DNA of 24,000 nucleotides from Ruminococcus sp. (GCF_019423705.1 NZ_JAHZAX010000005.1:9832-33831), one strand, 5' to 3'. Counted from the first letter of the stretch, positions 13,191 through 22,519 are shown. Made by a program: numbers and translations. The notes: generated by a model from the sequence alone, not told the origin.

Positions 13191-14024
13191 TCAAAGTCTC
13201 TTTACCCAGTCGATAGCCGCCTGCGCCCAATGTGCCGCAACAGGCTGATTGTGACCGTCCCAAGTCGCCGTGGTCTCGTCACAAAGCGCAAGACCGTGTC
13301 CGCCGTATTCGTAAATGTGGCTCTCAAATGGAATGTGATACTTTGAAAGACTGCACATATACCAAAGAGTGTTCTCAACTCTAACGCATCCGTCATCAGC
13401 GCAATGCCAAATAAATGTTGGCGGCGTGTTCTCCGAAACTCTCTTCTCAAGTGACACAAGTTCTCTCAGCTCCGCCGATTGCTCCTCGCCGATAAGATTG
13501 AGTATAGAACCTTCGTGAGTGTACTCAGGGTCGGAAGTGATAACAGGATATCCAAGTATAGAACCGTTCACCTTGATGTCCTCAGCCGTGCAGCCAAGTG
13601 GCTTTGTAAGCAGCTCGCTGCTCCAGAAGTTCGCCATAGTCGCCGCAAGATGTCCCCCTGCCGAGAAACCGCAAACTATTATCTTGTCAGGGTCAATGTC
13701 AAACTTCTCCGCATTGTCTCTAACGTATTTCACCGCCCAAGCACATTCAAGTGCGTCCGTCGGGAACTTTTTCTTGCAGCAGGAATATCTCAGCACAAAT
13801 GCGCAAATGCCTGCGCCCAAAAATCTGAATGCGATAGGCTCAGCCTCACGCTCAGAGCACCAGTCGTAACCGCCGCCGGGGCAAACGATAACAGCCTTGT
13901 GCTTCCTCCTGCCCATTTCCTCCGTGACCGTGTTGTAATAACAGTCCAGCACAGGCGCACAGCCCTCGCCCGAAAGCCCAGCCTTTTCGTAATCGACCTT
14001 TATCTCGATAGTCTCTTTGATCAT
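13191..14024 (-). CDS. alpha/beta hydrolase (esterase/lipase-type, Aes/acetyl-esterase-like)
   Basis: Oxyanion region is VCPGGGY. The nucleophile elbow is GFSAGGHLA (GxSxG). C-terminal D..GHG region fits the catalytic Asp/His. RBS is GGAGGAAAG. Confidence 0.85.
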   Translation of the reverse strand: MIKETIEIKVDYEKAGLSGEGCAPVLDCYYNTVTEEMGRRKHKAVIVCPGGGYDWCSEREAEPIAFRFLGAGICAFVLRYSCCKKKFPTDALECAWAVKYVRDNAEKFDIDPDKIIVCGFSAGGHLAATMANFWSSELLTKPLGCTAEDIKVNGSILGYPVITSDPEYTHEGSILNLIGEEQSAELRELVSLEKRVSENTPPTFIWHCADDGCVRVENTLWYMCSLSKYHIPFESHIYEYGGHGLALCDETTATWDGHNQPVAAHWAQAAIDWVKRL

Positions 14025-14145
14025 TTTTCTTTCCTCCGATTTTCTATTGTTGAGCCATTGTGCAGAGCATCACTATGCGAAGCAAAATGGCTCTAATAAG
14101 GCAACACCCAAAGCCCAGCCCTGCGGTGTTGTCTGTATTTACAAA

Positions 14146-15171
14146 TTATTCAGTCGCCACGCTCTCGTCTGTCGAAGCGCTGTTTGCAGCCTCGTCAGAC
14201 ATATTCACGCAAACGATATATCCGTCAACATTGTTGCCCGAAATGGTATAAGGCCTCTCGATATCACCACTCGTCAAAGGTATCGGCACATTTGTCGTGC
14301 TGCCCTTGTCAGCCTCAACGAAGTAAACCGAGTATACCGTGTCGTCAAATGCCGTGAAGCTCAAAGGCTTCTCAAAGGTGTAATCTTTGACAAAATCAAT
14401 GTATTCCTCCAGCGTGAGCTGATTTGCCGTCATTATCTCAGCGTGTGGGATACCAACATATCTGAAATGATATGGCAGGGAAGCCACTCCCGTGATATCG
14501 CTCTTGTCCGCAGGATATCTCAGCACAAGGCCGTATTTCCAGCAGTTGTCCGTTATCCAGCTGTAATCGCCCTCCCCCGTGAATGACGAAAATGTTCCCG
14601 TGCTCGATTCATAAAGGTGCAGATCGAATGCAAGTCCCGTGTCGTGCTCATAGCAAACCGTGTCCTGCTGATCGTCGCCGCCCTCGCTGTCGTCCGAAGC
14701 CGTCGGCATAGCGGTGGATATCATAAGGGTCGAAAGCTTCTTTTCGCTGTAAAAATCGCAGCCCATCTTGTTGAATGCCTCAAAAGTCTTTTTGCAGGCC
14801 GCAAGCTCCGTGCTGCTCGTTGACATTATCTGACTGCCGTTCTTGTCAAACAGATAAGAATAGACCGTGTCCGTGTCCTCAGCCGTTCCCGTGAACGAGT
14901 GTGCAGAGTTCACAAGCACAAGGTCGCCGTTGACCATTGCTTCCTTGTTTTTGACAGTCTCGTATTTGTAATTTCCCGTAAGCTTTGGCGCAGCTGATGA
15001 ACTGCTCTCAGCCTTTGATACCGACGATGAGCTTGAAGAGCTGTCAACTTTCTTGACAGTCTTTGCGCCGCCGTCCGAGCTGCAAGCTGTTGATATCGCA
15101 AGAATAGTTATAAGCAATATCGCTAAAGCTGCCGCAATATTTTTATATTTGTAACGCTTTACCTTTGGCAT
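14146..15171 (-). CDS. VanY/peptidase M15 family D-alanyl-D-alanine carboxypeptidase lipoprotein
   Basis: The signal peptide has a lipobox (LAISTAC) and is followed by a Ser-rich linker. Zn-peptidase motifs are YEHDTGLAFDL (SxHxxGxAxD type) and LPYHFRYVG (ExxH-type region). Confidence 0.8.
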   Translation of the reverse strand: MPKVKRYKYKNIAAALAILLITILAISTACSSDGGAKTVKKVDSSSSSSSVSKAESSSSAAPKLTGNYKYETVKNKEAMVNGDLVLVNSAHSFTGTAEDTDTVYSYLFDKNGSQIMSTSSTELAACKKTFEAFNKMGCDFYSEKKLSTLMISTAMPTASDDSEGGDDQQDTVCYEHDTGLAFDLHLYESSTGTFSSFTGEGDYSWITDNCWKYGLVLRYPADKSDITGVASLPYHFRYVGIPHAEIMTANQLTLEEYIDFVKDYTFEKPLSFTAFDDTVYSVYFVEADKGSTTNVPIPLTSGDIERPYTISGNNVDGYIVCVNMSDEAANSASTDESVATE

Positions 15172-15204
15172 ATCGTATCACCTTCCTGTATAACATACAC
15201 CTAG

Positions 15205-15233
15205 ATTATAACACATTTTCCCCCGTATGTGAA
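15205..15233 (-). promoter_or_regulatory. promoter of the VanY-like gene
   Basis: Minus strand reads TTCACA, 17 nt, TATAAT with an upstream TG (plus 15228-15233 and 15205-15210). Confidence 0.5.
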
Positions 15234-15322
15234 CAGAATCACGTCCATTTATGTGTACTTTTGTTACAACAGCCAAATAGCAATAAACCGATTTATGCAA
15301 CAAGCACAAATATTTTTCACCC

Positions 15323-15362
15323 AAAAAACAAAGGCTGCGCCGATCTCTCAGCACAGCCTTTG
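15323..15362 (-). terminator. intrinsic terminator of the GH2 gene
   Basis: Minus strand reads CAAAGGCTG-(16 nt)-CAGCCTTTG followed by TTTTTTGG. Confidence 0.75.
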
Positions 15363-15376
15363 CTGTCATTAAATTA

Positions 15377-18091
15377 TCAGTTTTTTACATAGTCCATAAC
15401 AGACTTTATAAACGCACGACCCTCAGCCGACTGCACAAGCTTGTCAAAGTCGCAAGCGCAAACAACAACCTTTCCGCCGTCCTTTTCGTATTCATAAAGC
15501 AGCGAAAGATCGTGGTTTCGGTCAAAGTTGTCGATAGTCCTAACGATAACGTTCTTCTCACCCTCAAAGTCGTCAAGTATCACAGCCCTTGAGTTCTGAA
15601 CGATCTCCCACCATTGCGGCGTGGAGTATTTCTCGCTTGCAAAGCCCTTGAGCGCAGGGTGTTCCTTGTCGATAACAAGACCCATAGTTCCCACAGGGTC
15701 AGGCTTGTTCATCATATGTGAAATAAGGCTGAACATATGATAGCACCAGAAGTCCTGACAGTAAAAACCCTCGATAGAGTTCTCCAGCTTGTCAAGCTGC
15801 GGCACGATAAGCACAGTATTGCCCTCGCCGAGAAGCTTCTGCGCCTCGCCGTTCACCTCGTCGAAAATATACGCACCCTCAAGATCGACCTTCTCAACTG
15901 TCGGTATCACCCAAAGCTCGTAGTGATTTCTCACGTCCGTGCCCTCTATCTCAATGCTGAGCACAGCCTTTGTGTTGCGCTGAACTTTTGGCAGCTTCAC
16001 CTCAATATCGCAAATGTCAGCGTAATTTCCGCCCTTGGTGTCAAATCCGCTCTCGCCCTTTGCAATAACACCGCCGCAGTCAAATGCCCACTTCACCTTG
16101 CCGTCAGTCAGCCCCGGCCTGTAATCGCAAAGCTCGATGTGCGCCTTGAATTCGCCCTCAGCTTCCAGCACATAGCTGTCAAATCTCGCCATAAGCACAG
16201 CGTCATTGCAGAACTCTCTCCATTCGCTGTCGGAAATAAGCCCCTTGCTGTCCATAAATGCGTCCAAAACGCCTACCAGCGCCGTGCCTTGTCCGCTGAA
16301 ATCCTGTATGTCAAGTATCTGGAAACCGCCAAGCAAACGTGATCTGAACACCGCTTCCATTTCCTCTTTATAGCATTGTACCGCCAGCTTGCCCGAACAG
16401 TCAAAATAATCTTCCGCCAGTCCGCCAAGCCCCTTTCCTTCAAGTCTCTCTCTGAAAATCTCGAAATTGCGTGCTTTCAGCGAACCCGTGTACTTCTCGA
16501 TCTCCTTGAAATTCGGGTAAGTCTCATACTGTCCTATCTCGTGTGTAACGATCGGCACTTCTGGAATGAAGTCAGCGTCCGCCTCGCTCGCCTTGACTGT
16601 TTTCATCGTCGTGCCGTACTGTATCTGAACAGTTCCGTCCTCAGAAACTTCCGTTGCGCTTGCCTGCTTTTTCGGCCTTATAATGTTGTCATAATCGTGG
16701 TCAGCACTAGGCTTGTCCGTCTGAATATGTCCCAGCGGAGCGTCACACATCGCATAAGAACCTCTTATGAGCCTGTCGTTAGCAAGTCGCACTCCAACAA
16801 AGAAATCGTCGTTTTCGATAACGTTCGGGAACCATTGGAAATTATTTGAACCCTGCGTGTAAAGGTGTCTGTTGTCAAAAGCCTTGTAACCGCCGATAAT
16901 ATCATTGAGTATCTTCTTTGAACCCCAAAGTTCATTGCCCATCGACATCATACAGTACGAAGGGTGGTTGCCGAAAGCTTTCAGCATATTGAAGCCCTCT
17001 TCAACGAGAAAATCCTGCTCTTCTTGGTTGTGGTTCTCCTCGCCCTCTTCGGTGATCGTGCCCCAAAACGGAAGCTGCGGCTCCATATAAATTCCCAGCA
17101 TATCCGCCGCAATAAACGCAGCCTCGGGCGGACAGCAGGTGTGATAGCGGTAATGGTTCATTCCGTATGACTTTGATATCTTCATCACACGCAGCCATTC
17201 CTCAACATCTGTCGGCGCAAAAGCAGTTTTCGGGAAGATCATTCCGTCGTGCTTTCCTCTGAGGAAAGTCTTTTCACCGTTTATGGTGAATTTTCCGCCA
17301 TCGGTCTTGAATTCTCTCATACCGATGATGTGCTCGCTGATATCTCCGTCAATGTCGATCTTCAGCTTGTAAAGGGCAGGATTATGCTCGCTCCAAAGCA
17401 GGCAGTCCTTGCCCATTTGGTAAACCGCTTCAAGCTTGCCGCCCGTATATTCAAATCTCTGCTCAGCAGGTGAGTGACTTTTCTCGCTGTTGAAACTCGC
17501 AGCGCTTATAACAGCCACGCCGTCGCCGCCGTTCACGATATCCGCCGTGACCCTAACAGTCTTTGCGGCGATATCGCACCAAAGCATAACATTTTCCGCA
17601 TAAGCCTTTTTGTATCCGATAAGCTCAATGCGTCCTGTAATTCCGTTCCAGTTGGTTTGTGTGTCGGGCGAGGTCAAATGACCGCCCTTGGTCTTGTAAC
17701 CAACATTTGAAACACAAATAGTCACCTGGTGAACACCGCTGCCGATATACTTTGTCAAGTCATAAATGTGCGGCGTGCAAAGGCTTTCACGTCTGCCGAT
17801 CTTACCACCATCAATGTAAAGTTCCGTTATCCTCGTCCGCTCAAGGAAGAGTTTCAGATTTTCACATTCCACCGCCGAGAAATCAACGTCTTTTCTGAAC
17901 CAAGCAAAGCCCTCAAATTTATATGTGTCTGTGAGGAAGCCCGTCTCTCTTTCATCGTTGTATTCGCCTTTTTTGGCGTTGGAAGTGGTGTTTGGCAAGT
18001 TTATAACATCGTCGAATACAAGCCCTTCGCCCTTGCAGTCTTTGTCAAGGCAGAGCTTCCATTCTCCGCTGAGATCAAGTTTGTTTATCAT
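15377..18091 (-). CDS. glycoside hydrolase family 2 protein (beta-galactosidase/beta-glucuronidase superfamily), cytoplasmic, 904 aa
   Basis: N-terminal sugar-binding jelly-roll signature is FEGFAWFRKDV. The TIM-barrel region has MNHYRYHTCCPPE and the acid/base motif MGNELWG. No signal peptide. Substrate is not assignable. Confidence 0.75.
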   Translation of the reverse strand: MINKLDLSGEWKLCLDKDCKGEGLVFDDVINLPNTTSNAKKGEYNDERETGFLTDTYKFEGFAWFRKDVDFSAVECENLKLFLERTRITELYIDGGKIGRRESLCTPHIYDLTKYIGSGVHQVTICVSNVGYKTKGGHLTSPDTQTNWNGITGRIELIGYKKAYAENVMLWCDIAAKTVRVTADIVNGGDGVAVISAASFNSEKSHSPAEQRFEYTGGKLEAVYQMGKDCLLWSEHNPALYKLKIDIDGDISEHIIGMREFKTDGGKFTINGEKTFLRGKHDGMIFPKTAFAPTDVEEWLRVMKISKSYGMNHYRYHTCCPPEAAFIAADMLGIYMEPQLPFWGTITEEGEENHNQEEQDFLVEEGFNMLKAFGNHPSYCMMSMGNELWGSKKILNDIIGGYKAFDNRHLYTQGSNNFQWFPNVIENDDFFVGVRLANDRLIRGSYAMCDAPLGHIQTDKPSADHDYDNIIRPKKQASATEVSEDGTVQIQYGTTMKTVKASEADADFIPEVPIVTHEIGQYETYPNFKEIEKYTGSLKARNFEIFRERLEGKGLGGLAEDYFDCSGKLAVQCYKEEMEAVFRSRLLGGFQILDIQDFSGQGTALVGVLDAFMDSKGLISDSEWREFCNDAVLMARFDSYVLEAEGEFKAHIELCDYRPGLTDGKVKWAFDCGGVIAKGESGFDTKGGNYADICDIEVKLPKVQRNTKAVLSIEIEGTDVRNHYELWVIPTVEKVDLEGAYIFDEVNGEAQKLLGEGNTVLIVPQLDKLENSIEGFYCQDFWCYHMFSLISHMMNKPDPVGTMGLVIDKEHPALKGFASEKYSTPQWWEIVQNSRAVILDDFEGEKNVIVRTIDNFDRNHDLSLLYEYEKDGGKVVVCACDFDKLVQSAEGRAFIKSVMDYVKN

Positions 18092-18281
18092 TTAAGCGCA
18101 CCCTTTCAAGTTCAAATTTTCAATATTATTATAACATATGCCTAAAAGCATTGCAACCAAAATCGGCGCTTTTTACTATATTACTATAAATTTTTGTTGT
18201 TTTTAACAAAAGAATATGATACAATAAGACTAAAAGAACTTGACCGCTATAAAAATCACGCACAAGGGGGAATATCAAAAA

Positions 18282-19160
18282 ATGAAACTTGACTTTACCG
18301 ACAGAAAAAAGCTTTGGCTGTGGCTCACAATGGCCTTTGGCTATGCAAACCCGAGAATGTGGGAGCTTCTCGAAAAATACGACAGCCTAGAAACTTTCTG
18401 CGACGATCTCGCAAATAAGCGCTGCGGCTTTGTCAACCAAGCAGAAGCCGAGCGTGCAGCGTACAGCTCATTTGCCCAAGCCTGCGCAGTCGCCGACCAT
18501 TGCCGCAGGAAAAATATACATATCTTAACCTATGACGACGATCTTTACCCCGAACGCTTGCGACAGATAAACTGTCCCCCAGCCGTGCTTTTCGTCATCG
18601 GCGATGTCACAAGCCTAAGCGCAGACAACACCCTCTCGATGATCGGCACACGCACCCCAAGCGACTATTCCTCCGCCATAGCAAGAGAATTTTCGTCATA
18701 TTTCACAAGTGAGGGCTTCACAATAATAAGCGGTTTCGCAATTGGCGTTGACAGTATCTCCCACCACGGCGCATTAGATGCAGGGGGCAGAACTATCGCT
18801 GTCCTAGGCAGCGGTATCGAGTACGATTATCCCCGCAACACAATGGATTTCAAGCGGCAGATAGCCGCCAATGGAGCAGTCGTCTCAGAATTTTTCCCAC
18901 AAGCGAAACCTCTCCCAGAAAATTTCAAAGTCCGCAATCGTATCGTCGCCGCCCTGTCAAAAGCCGTCCTCGTGGTGGAAGCCGGCATAAAAAGCGGCAC
19001 CCTCAATACAGTCAACCACGCCCTTGAACAGGGCAGAGACGTTTTCGTAATTCCGCCCCACGATATCTTTTCCGACAAATACGCAGGCCAATGCGCCTTG
19101 CTGAAAGACGGCGCCGAAGCCGTTTACTCGCCAAAAGATCTGTTAGAAATGATAAAATAA
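18282..19160 (+). CDS. dprA: DNA-processing protein DprA (Smf)
   Basis: Rossmann-like core reads MIGTRTPSDY...IISGFAIGVDSISHHGAL..GRTIAVLGSGI...FPQAKPLPENFKVRNRIVAALS..VLVVEAGIKSGTLNT. I chose ATG 18282 rather than TTG 18240. Confidence 0.88.
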   Translation: MKLDFTDRKKLWLWLTMAFGYANPRMWELLEKYDSLETFCDDLANKRCGFVNQAEAERAAYSSFAQACAVADHCRRKNIHILTYDDDLYPERLRQINCPPAVLFVIGDVTSLSADNTLSMIGTRTPSDYSSAIAREFSSYFTSEGFTIISGFAIGVDSISHHGALDAGGRTIAVLGSGIEYDYPRNTMDFKRQIAANGAVVSEFFPQAKPLPENFKVRNRIVAALSKAVLVVEAGIKSGTLNTVNHALEQGRDVFVIPPHDIFSDKYAGQCALLKDGAEAVYSPKDLLEMIK

Positions 19161-19164
19161 ACAC

Positions 19165-19200
19165 ACAAAAAAAGGCTGTCCGCACAAAGCAGACAGCCTT
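19165..19200 (-). terminator. terminator of purA; the hairpin may also stop dprA
   Basis: AAGGCTGTC-(11 nt)-GACAGCCTT. The T-run is present only on the minus strand (TTTTTTTGTG). Confidence 0.7.
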
Positions 19201-19216
19201 AAAATTTCGTATAAAA

Positions 19217-20509
19217 TTACTTGTTGAGAGGGCTTTCTCTGTAAATGATATCCTCTCTCTTTGGTCCGTTTGAAACCATTGTGATAGGGAAGCCGATCTG
19301 CTGCTCAACGAAGTCGATGTACTTCTTGCAGTTCTCAGGAAGATCTTCGTAATTCTTGATACCTCTGATATCAGTCTTCCAGCCGTCAAGTACCTTGAGT
19401 ACAGGCTTTGCCCTTTCGAGCTTCTGAGTTGTAGGGAAGTCAGTCGTAACTTCGCCGTCGATCTCATAGCCAACACATACAGGTATCTTGTCAAGATATC
19501 CCAGTACGTCAACAACTGTAAACGCAACGTCAGTTGTGCCCTGGATACGGCAGCCGTACTTAGTTGCAACGCAGTCGAACCAGCCCATTCTTCTTGGTCT
19601 GCCTGTTGTTGCGCCGAACTCACCGCCGTCGCCGCCTCTCTTTCTCAGCTCGTCAGCCTCGTCACCGAATATCTCGGAAACGAATGCACCTGCGCCAACT
19701 GCGGAAGAATAAGCCTTTACAACAGTAACGATAGTCTTGATCTCATATGGTGGGATACCTGCGCCGATAGCGCCGTAGGCTGCCAGAGTTGAAGAAGAAG
19801 TTACCATTGGATAAATGCCGTGGTCAGGGTCTTTAAGAGAACCGAGCTGACCTTCGAGAAGAACGTTCTTGCCTTCCTTGATAGCGTTCCAAAGATAAGC
19901 GGAAACATCGCAAACATAAGGTGCTACCATTTCCTTGTATTCCATAAGCGTATTGAAAAGCTCGTCAGCGTCGATAGCAGGCTTGTGATAAAGGTGCTCG
20001 AGAAGAATGTTCTTAGTCTCGAGAACTCTCTTGATCTTCACCTTGAGGTTTTCCTCGTCAAACAACTCCTGCACCTGGAAGCCGATCTTAGCGTATTTAT
20101 CAGAATAGAAAGGAGCAATACCCGACTTAGTTGAACCGAAACTAGCCTTTCCAAGTCTTTCCTCTTCGTACTGATCGAAAAGAACGTGATAAGGCATAAC
20201 CATCTGAGCTCTGTCAGAAATAAGTATCTTAGGCATAGGAACGCCCTCAGAAGTTACCTTTTTCAGTTCGTTGAAGAATACAGGTATATTAAGTGCAACA
20301 CCGTTACCGATAATATTAGTTGTATGGTCATAGAAAACGCCTGACGGAAGAGTATGCAAAGCGAACTTACCATAGTGATTTACAATAGTATGACCAGCAT
20401 TAGCGCCGCCCTGGAATCTTACAACGATATCTGATTTCTCAGCCAACATATCAGTAAGCTTACCCTTACCTTCATCGCCCCAGTTTGCACCAACAATCGC
20501 TCTAACCAT
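19217..20509 (-). CDS. purA: adenylosuccinate synthase
   Basis: Motifs are GANWGDEGKGK, GGANAGHT and GATTGRPRRMGWFD. I chose ATG 20509 (MVRAIVGANWGDEGKG), 9 nt after AAGGAGG; the track start at 20530 lies upstream of the RBS. Confidence 0.95.
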   Translation of the reverse strand: MVRAIVGANWGDEGKGKLTDMLAEKSDIVVRFQGGANAGHTIVNHYGKFALHTLPSGVFYDHTTNIIGNGVALNIPVFFNELKKVTSEGVPMPKILISDRAQMVMPYHVLFDQYEEERLGKASFGSTKSGIAPFYSDKYAKIGFQVQELFDEENLKVKIKRVLETKNILLEHLYHKPAIDADELFNTLMEYKEMVAPYVCDVSAYLWNAIKEGKNVLLEGQLGSLKDPDHGIYPMVTSSSTLAAYGAIGAGIPPYEIKTIVTVVKAYSSAVGAGAFVSEIFGDEADELRKRGGDGGEFGATTGRPRRMGWFDCVATKYGCRIQGTTDVAFTVVDVLGYLDKIPVCVGYEIDGEVTTDFPTTQKLERAKPVLKVLDGWKTDIRGIKNYEDLPENCKKYIDFVEQQIGFPITMVSNGPKREDIIYRESPLNK

Positions 20510-20604
20510 TAATTTTTTCCTCCTTGCCATAAAACAGCAAAATAATTGGCAGCAAGAAATATGTAACGCTCTGAAAAAACAGGAAGCAATACTGCCACTA
20601 GGAT

Positions 20605-20633
20605 ATTATAGCACAAAACTATTTCCGTGTAAA
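20605..20633 (-). promoter_or_regulatory. promoter of purA
   Basis: Minus strand reads TTTACA, 17 nt, TATAAT (plus 20628-20633 and 20605-20610). An AT-rich stretch lies upstream. Confidence 0.55.
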
Positions 20634-20721
20634 CACCCTTTTAAACATTTAACAATTTACTCATATTTTAAAGGGGGGCGACAAATCAAATTTGCATACT
20701 TTTACATCGTGCGTTACTAAC

Positions 20722-20774
20722 GGGCGAACGATAAATTGTTGTGAGCGTAGTCGAACCACAATTTTCCCCCCTAC
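20722..20774 (-). repeat. extended two-tier REP-like element (GTAG box present)
   Basis: Minus strand reads GGTAGGGGGGAAAATTGTGGTTCGACTACGCTCACAACAATTTATCGTTCGCCCGTTAG, about 80 percent identical to 12995-13047 by eye. Confidence 0.6.
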
Positions 20775-21106
20775 CATCTGTTGTGCATTATCACCAATTT
20801 CGATAGCGCCAATTTGTGCAAACAAATGATTTATAATTTAATTTGATAACATCCCTGCAATTGTTGCATTTTTAATGCAACTTATCACCAATTTTTCGGG
20901 ATAAGTAGAAAGACATTTGTAGAGTGGCGAGGGAAACTTGTTGGACTGAGGTCTTAGGAAACCCGAAGGGAGGTTTTGTCCGGCGCATCTAAGGACTTGC
21001 ACCCAAATGTTGAGACGAAATCATAAACCTGCGTGTGCGCACAATTTTAAAGCGCAGCTTTACGACGTAATCTCCGCCCAGCAACTTGAAAATTGAATAT
21101 TGACCA

Positions 21107-21129
21107 GTAGGGGCGCACAGCGTGCGCAC
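21107..21129 (+). repeat. degenerate REP-like element (GTAGGGGCGCAC-agc-GTGCGCAC)
   Basis: GTAG box plus a 6-bp GC hairpin. The outer G/C arms are not complementary. Confidence 0.45.
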
Positions 21130-21225
21130 GTGGTTTGTCGCTTTATTTTGACAGACTGTCAATTGCGATAAATCGCCAAACGCATAGCGTATCACAATAT
21201 TTGTTATAAAAATCGCAAAAGGGTG

Positions 21226-21254
21226 TTGCATAATTGATTGATTTGTATTATAAT
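21226..21254 (+). promoter_or_regulatory. promoter of the 372-aa lipoprotein gene
   Basis: TTGCAT (21226-21231), 17 nt, TATAAT (21249-21254). Confidence 0.55.
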
Positions 21255-21320
21255 AGTATAAATATTTGATTTAAATTCTAACAAAACGAAATAAAAACGC
21301 AAAGAACGGAGACAAAAGCT

Positions 21321-22439
21321 ATGAAAAGGATAAAAAAGGTCGTGGCTGTGACGGCTGCATTTCTGATAGCGCTTTCGGCAACTGCCTGCGAAAAGGACAG
21401 CGCCACAGCGCAGTCATCAGCTGTCTCTCAGATAAAAAACAGCAGCAACGCCGCCCCAACTAATACAAAGGTGGCAAGCTATTCTTTCCCCGAGTTTTTA
21501 GGGGGTATCAAGACCCTCGATGAGCTTTCCGTGCCGCTGTATCAAAGCTTTGACCCTGCACAGTATACAAAAGACGTTGACGAACAGCCCTTTGAGGACT
21601 ATACCTGCGAATCGCAGCTTGTGGATATGTTCTATACATTCCGTTCGGGAAAGTTTGTCGGCCTGCTTGATAAAAACGGCGATGTGCTTATCGAAGCCGA
21701 TGAGTATACCGAAATAACCGTGGTGACAAAGGGGCTTTTGCAGCTTTCTTATGATAAGGAAAGAAACGCTCCAATGCAGTATTATTCCTATTCCGATGAC
21801 GGCAAGATCGAAAAGACTGAGCACGAAAAGTTCTCCACCGATAAGCTGGACGTTTTTATGTCGGATATCGACGAAGAGGGCAATACATATCAACAGCTTA
21901 TCCTGCCCGACGGTTCGGCAGTCGTTGACGCAAAGGGCGACGGCAACTGGCATAATATCAAGGACGTTTCAATGTCGGATATCGCCACATCAAAGGCTTT
22001 CAAGGGCTATTATGTGCTGAAAAGAGGTTCGGCTGTATATTACGCCTGCTTTGATGATTTTTACAATTATACCATTTATGAGGCGGCTTATGCCCTCGTG
22101 AAGATCAAGGTGGATGGAACTTACGGCGAGTGTTACATAATGAATTATGACGATTATGCAGAGCTTGAAAAAATGATCGACAGCTTCGGCTATTCATCAT
22201 ATCGCACAGCGCCCTCAAAAGACCCGGGACTTGATTTTATCCAAATAACTTTCGGACTGAAAGATAAGTCGCAAACTGATATAACCATATCCTCAGACGG
22301 CTATTGCCTGACGGAAACTCAGTCAGATGATACCCAACAGGTGAATAAATATTTCTCTTATCTCGATAAGGAAGATTTCGCCGATCTGATATTGTGGACT
22401 GACGATGTTCTCAGCGGCGAATATCAATCGAAAAAATGA
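21321..22439 (+). CDS. lipoprotein of unknown function
   Basis: Signal peptide with lipobox LSATAC, then a low-complexity linker. One segment, GKFVGLLDKNGDVLIEADEYTEI, resembles a WG/KWG-type beta repeat. Confidence 0.7.
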   Translation: MKRIKKVVAVTAAFLIALSATACEKDSATAQSSAVSQIKNSSNAAPTNTKVASYSFPEFLGGIKTLDELSVPLYQSFDPAQYTKDVDEQPFEDYTCESQLVDMFYTFRSGKFVGLLDKNGDVLIEADEYTEITVVTKGLLQLSYDKERNAPMQYYSYSDDGKIEKTEHEKFSTDKLDVFMSDIDEEGNTYQQLILPDGSAVVDAKGDGNWHNIKDVSMSDIATSKAFKGYYVLKRGSAVYYACFDDFYNYTIYEAAYALVKIKVDGTYGECYIMNYDDYAELEKMIDSFGYSSYRTAPSKDPGLDFIQITFGLKDKSQTDITISSDGYCLTETQSDDTQQVNKYFSYLDKEDFADLILWTDDVLSGEYQSKK

Positions 22440-22488
22440 TCTTATTTGTATCAGTCTTGCAATGACAAGTAAAATGTTTGTAAACAAA

Positions 22489-22519
22489 ATGCAGGAATGT
22501 ACGGATCTCCTGCATTTTC
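22489..22519 (+). terminator. intrinsic terminator of the lipoprotein gene
   Basis: ATGCAGGA-(11 nt)-TCCTGCAT followed by TTTCT. A second small hairpin with a T7 run follows at about 22521-22540. Confidence 0.65.

Noticed and set aside
13479-16849. Several 100-200-aa plus-strand ORFs (13479-14096, 14017-14586, 15737-16342, 16376-16849)
   Set aside because: All are antisense shadows of the well-supported alpha/beta hydrolase, VanY and GH2 genes. They have no RBS and are Arg/Leu/Ser-rich.
19012-19623. 203-aa minus-strand ORF
   Set aside because: It is out of frame with purA over its 3' end and antisense to dprA. It crosses the terminator hairpin, and the Ser/Arg/Leu-rich translation is typical of an off-frame read.
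20716-20760. CGAAC-containing words as PurR PurBoxes controlling purA
   Set aside because: The Bacillus PurBox needs CCGAAC in an inverted pair. Here the CGAAC words are direct repeats, they belong to the REP element that also occurs at unrelated loci, and they lie upstream of the -35.
20890-21010. Known riboswitch upstream of purA or the lipoprotein gene
   Set aside because: I compared both strands by eye with remembered cores of purine, ZTP/pfl, TPP, glycine, c-di-GMP, ykkC and fluoride riboswitches. Only scattered 5-6-nt similarities appeared, in the wrong order. The segment also lies outside the predicted purA 5' UTR (TSS near 20597). It is kept only as a generic ncRNA candidate.
21001-21100. 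29-codon ORF (MLRRNHKPACAHNFKAQLYDVISAQQLEN) in the long spacer
   Set aside because: It has no RBS (GCACCCAAATG), no hydrophobic or recognisable peptide pattern, and it overlaps hairpin-forming sequence.
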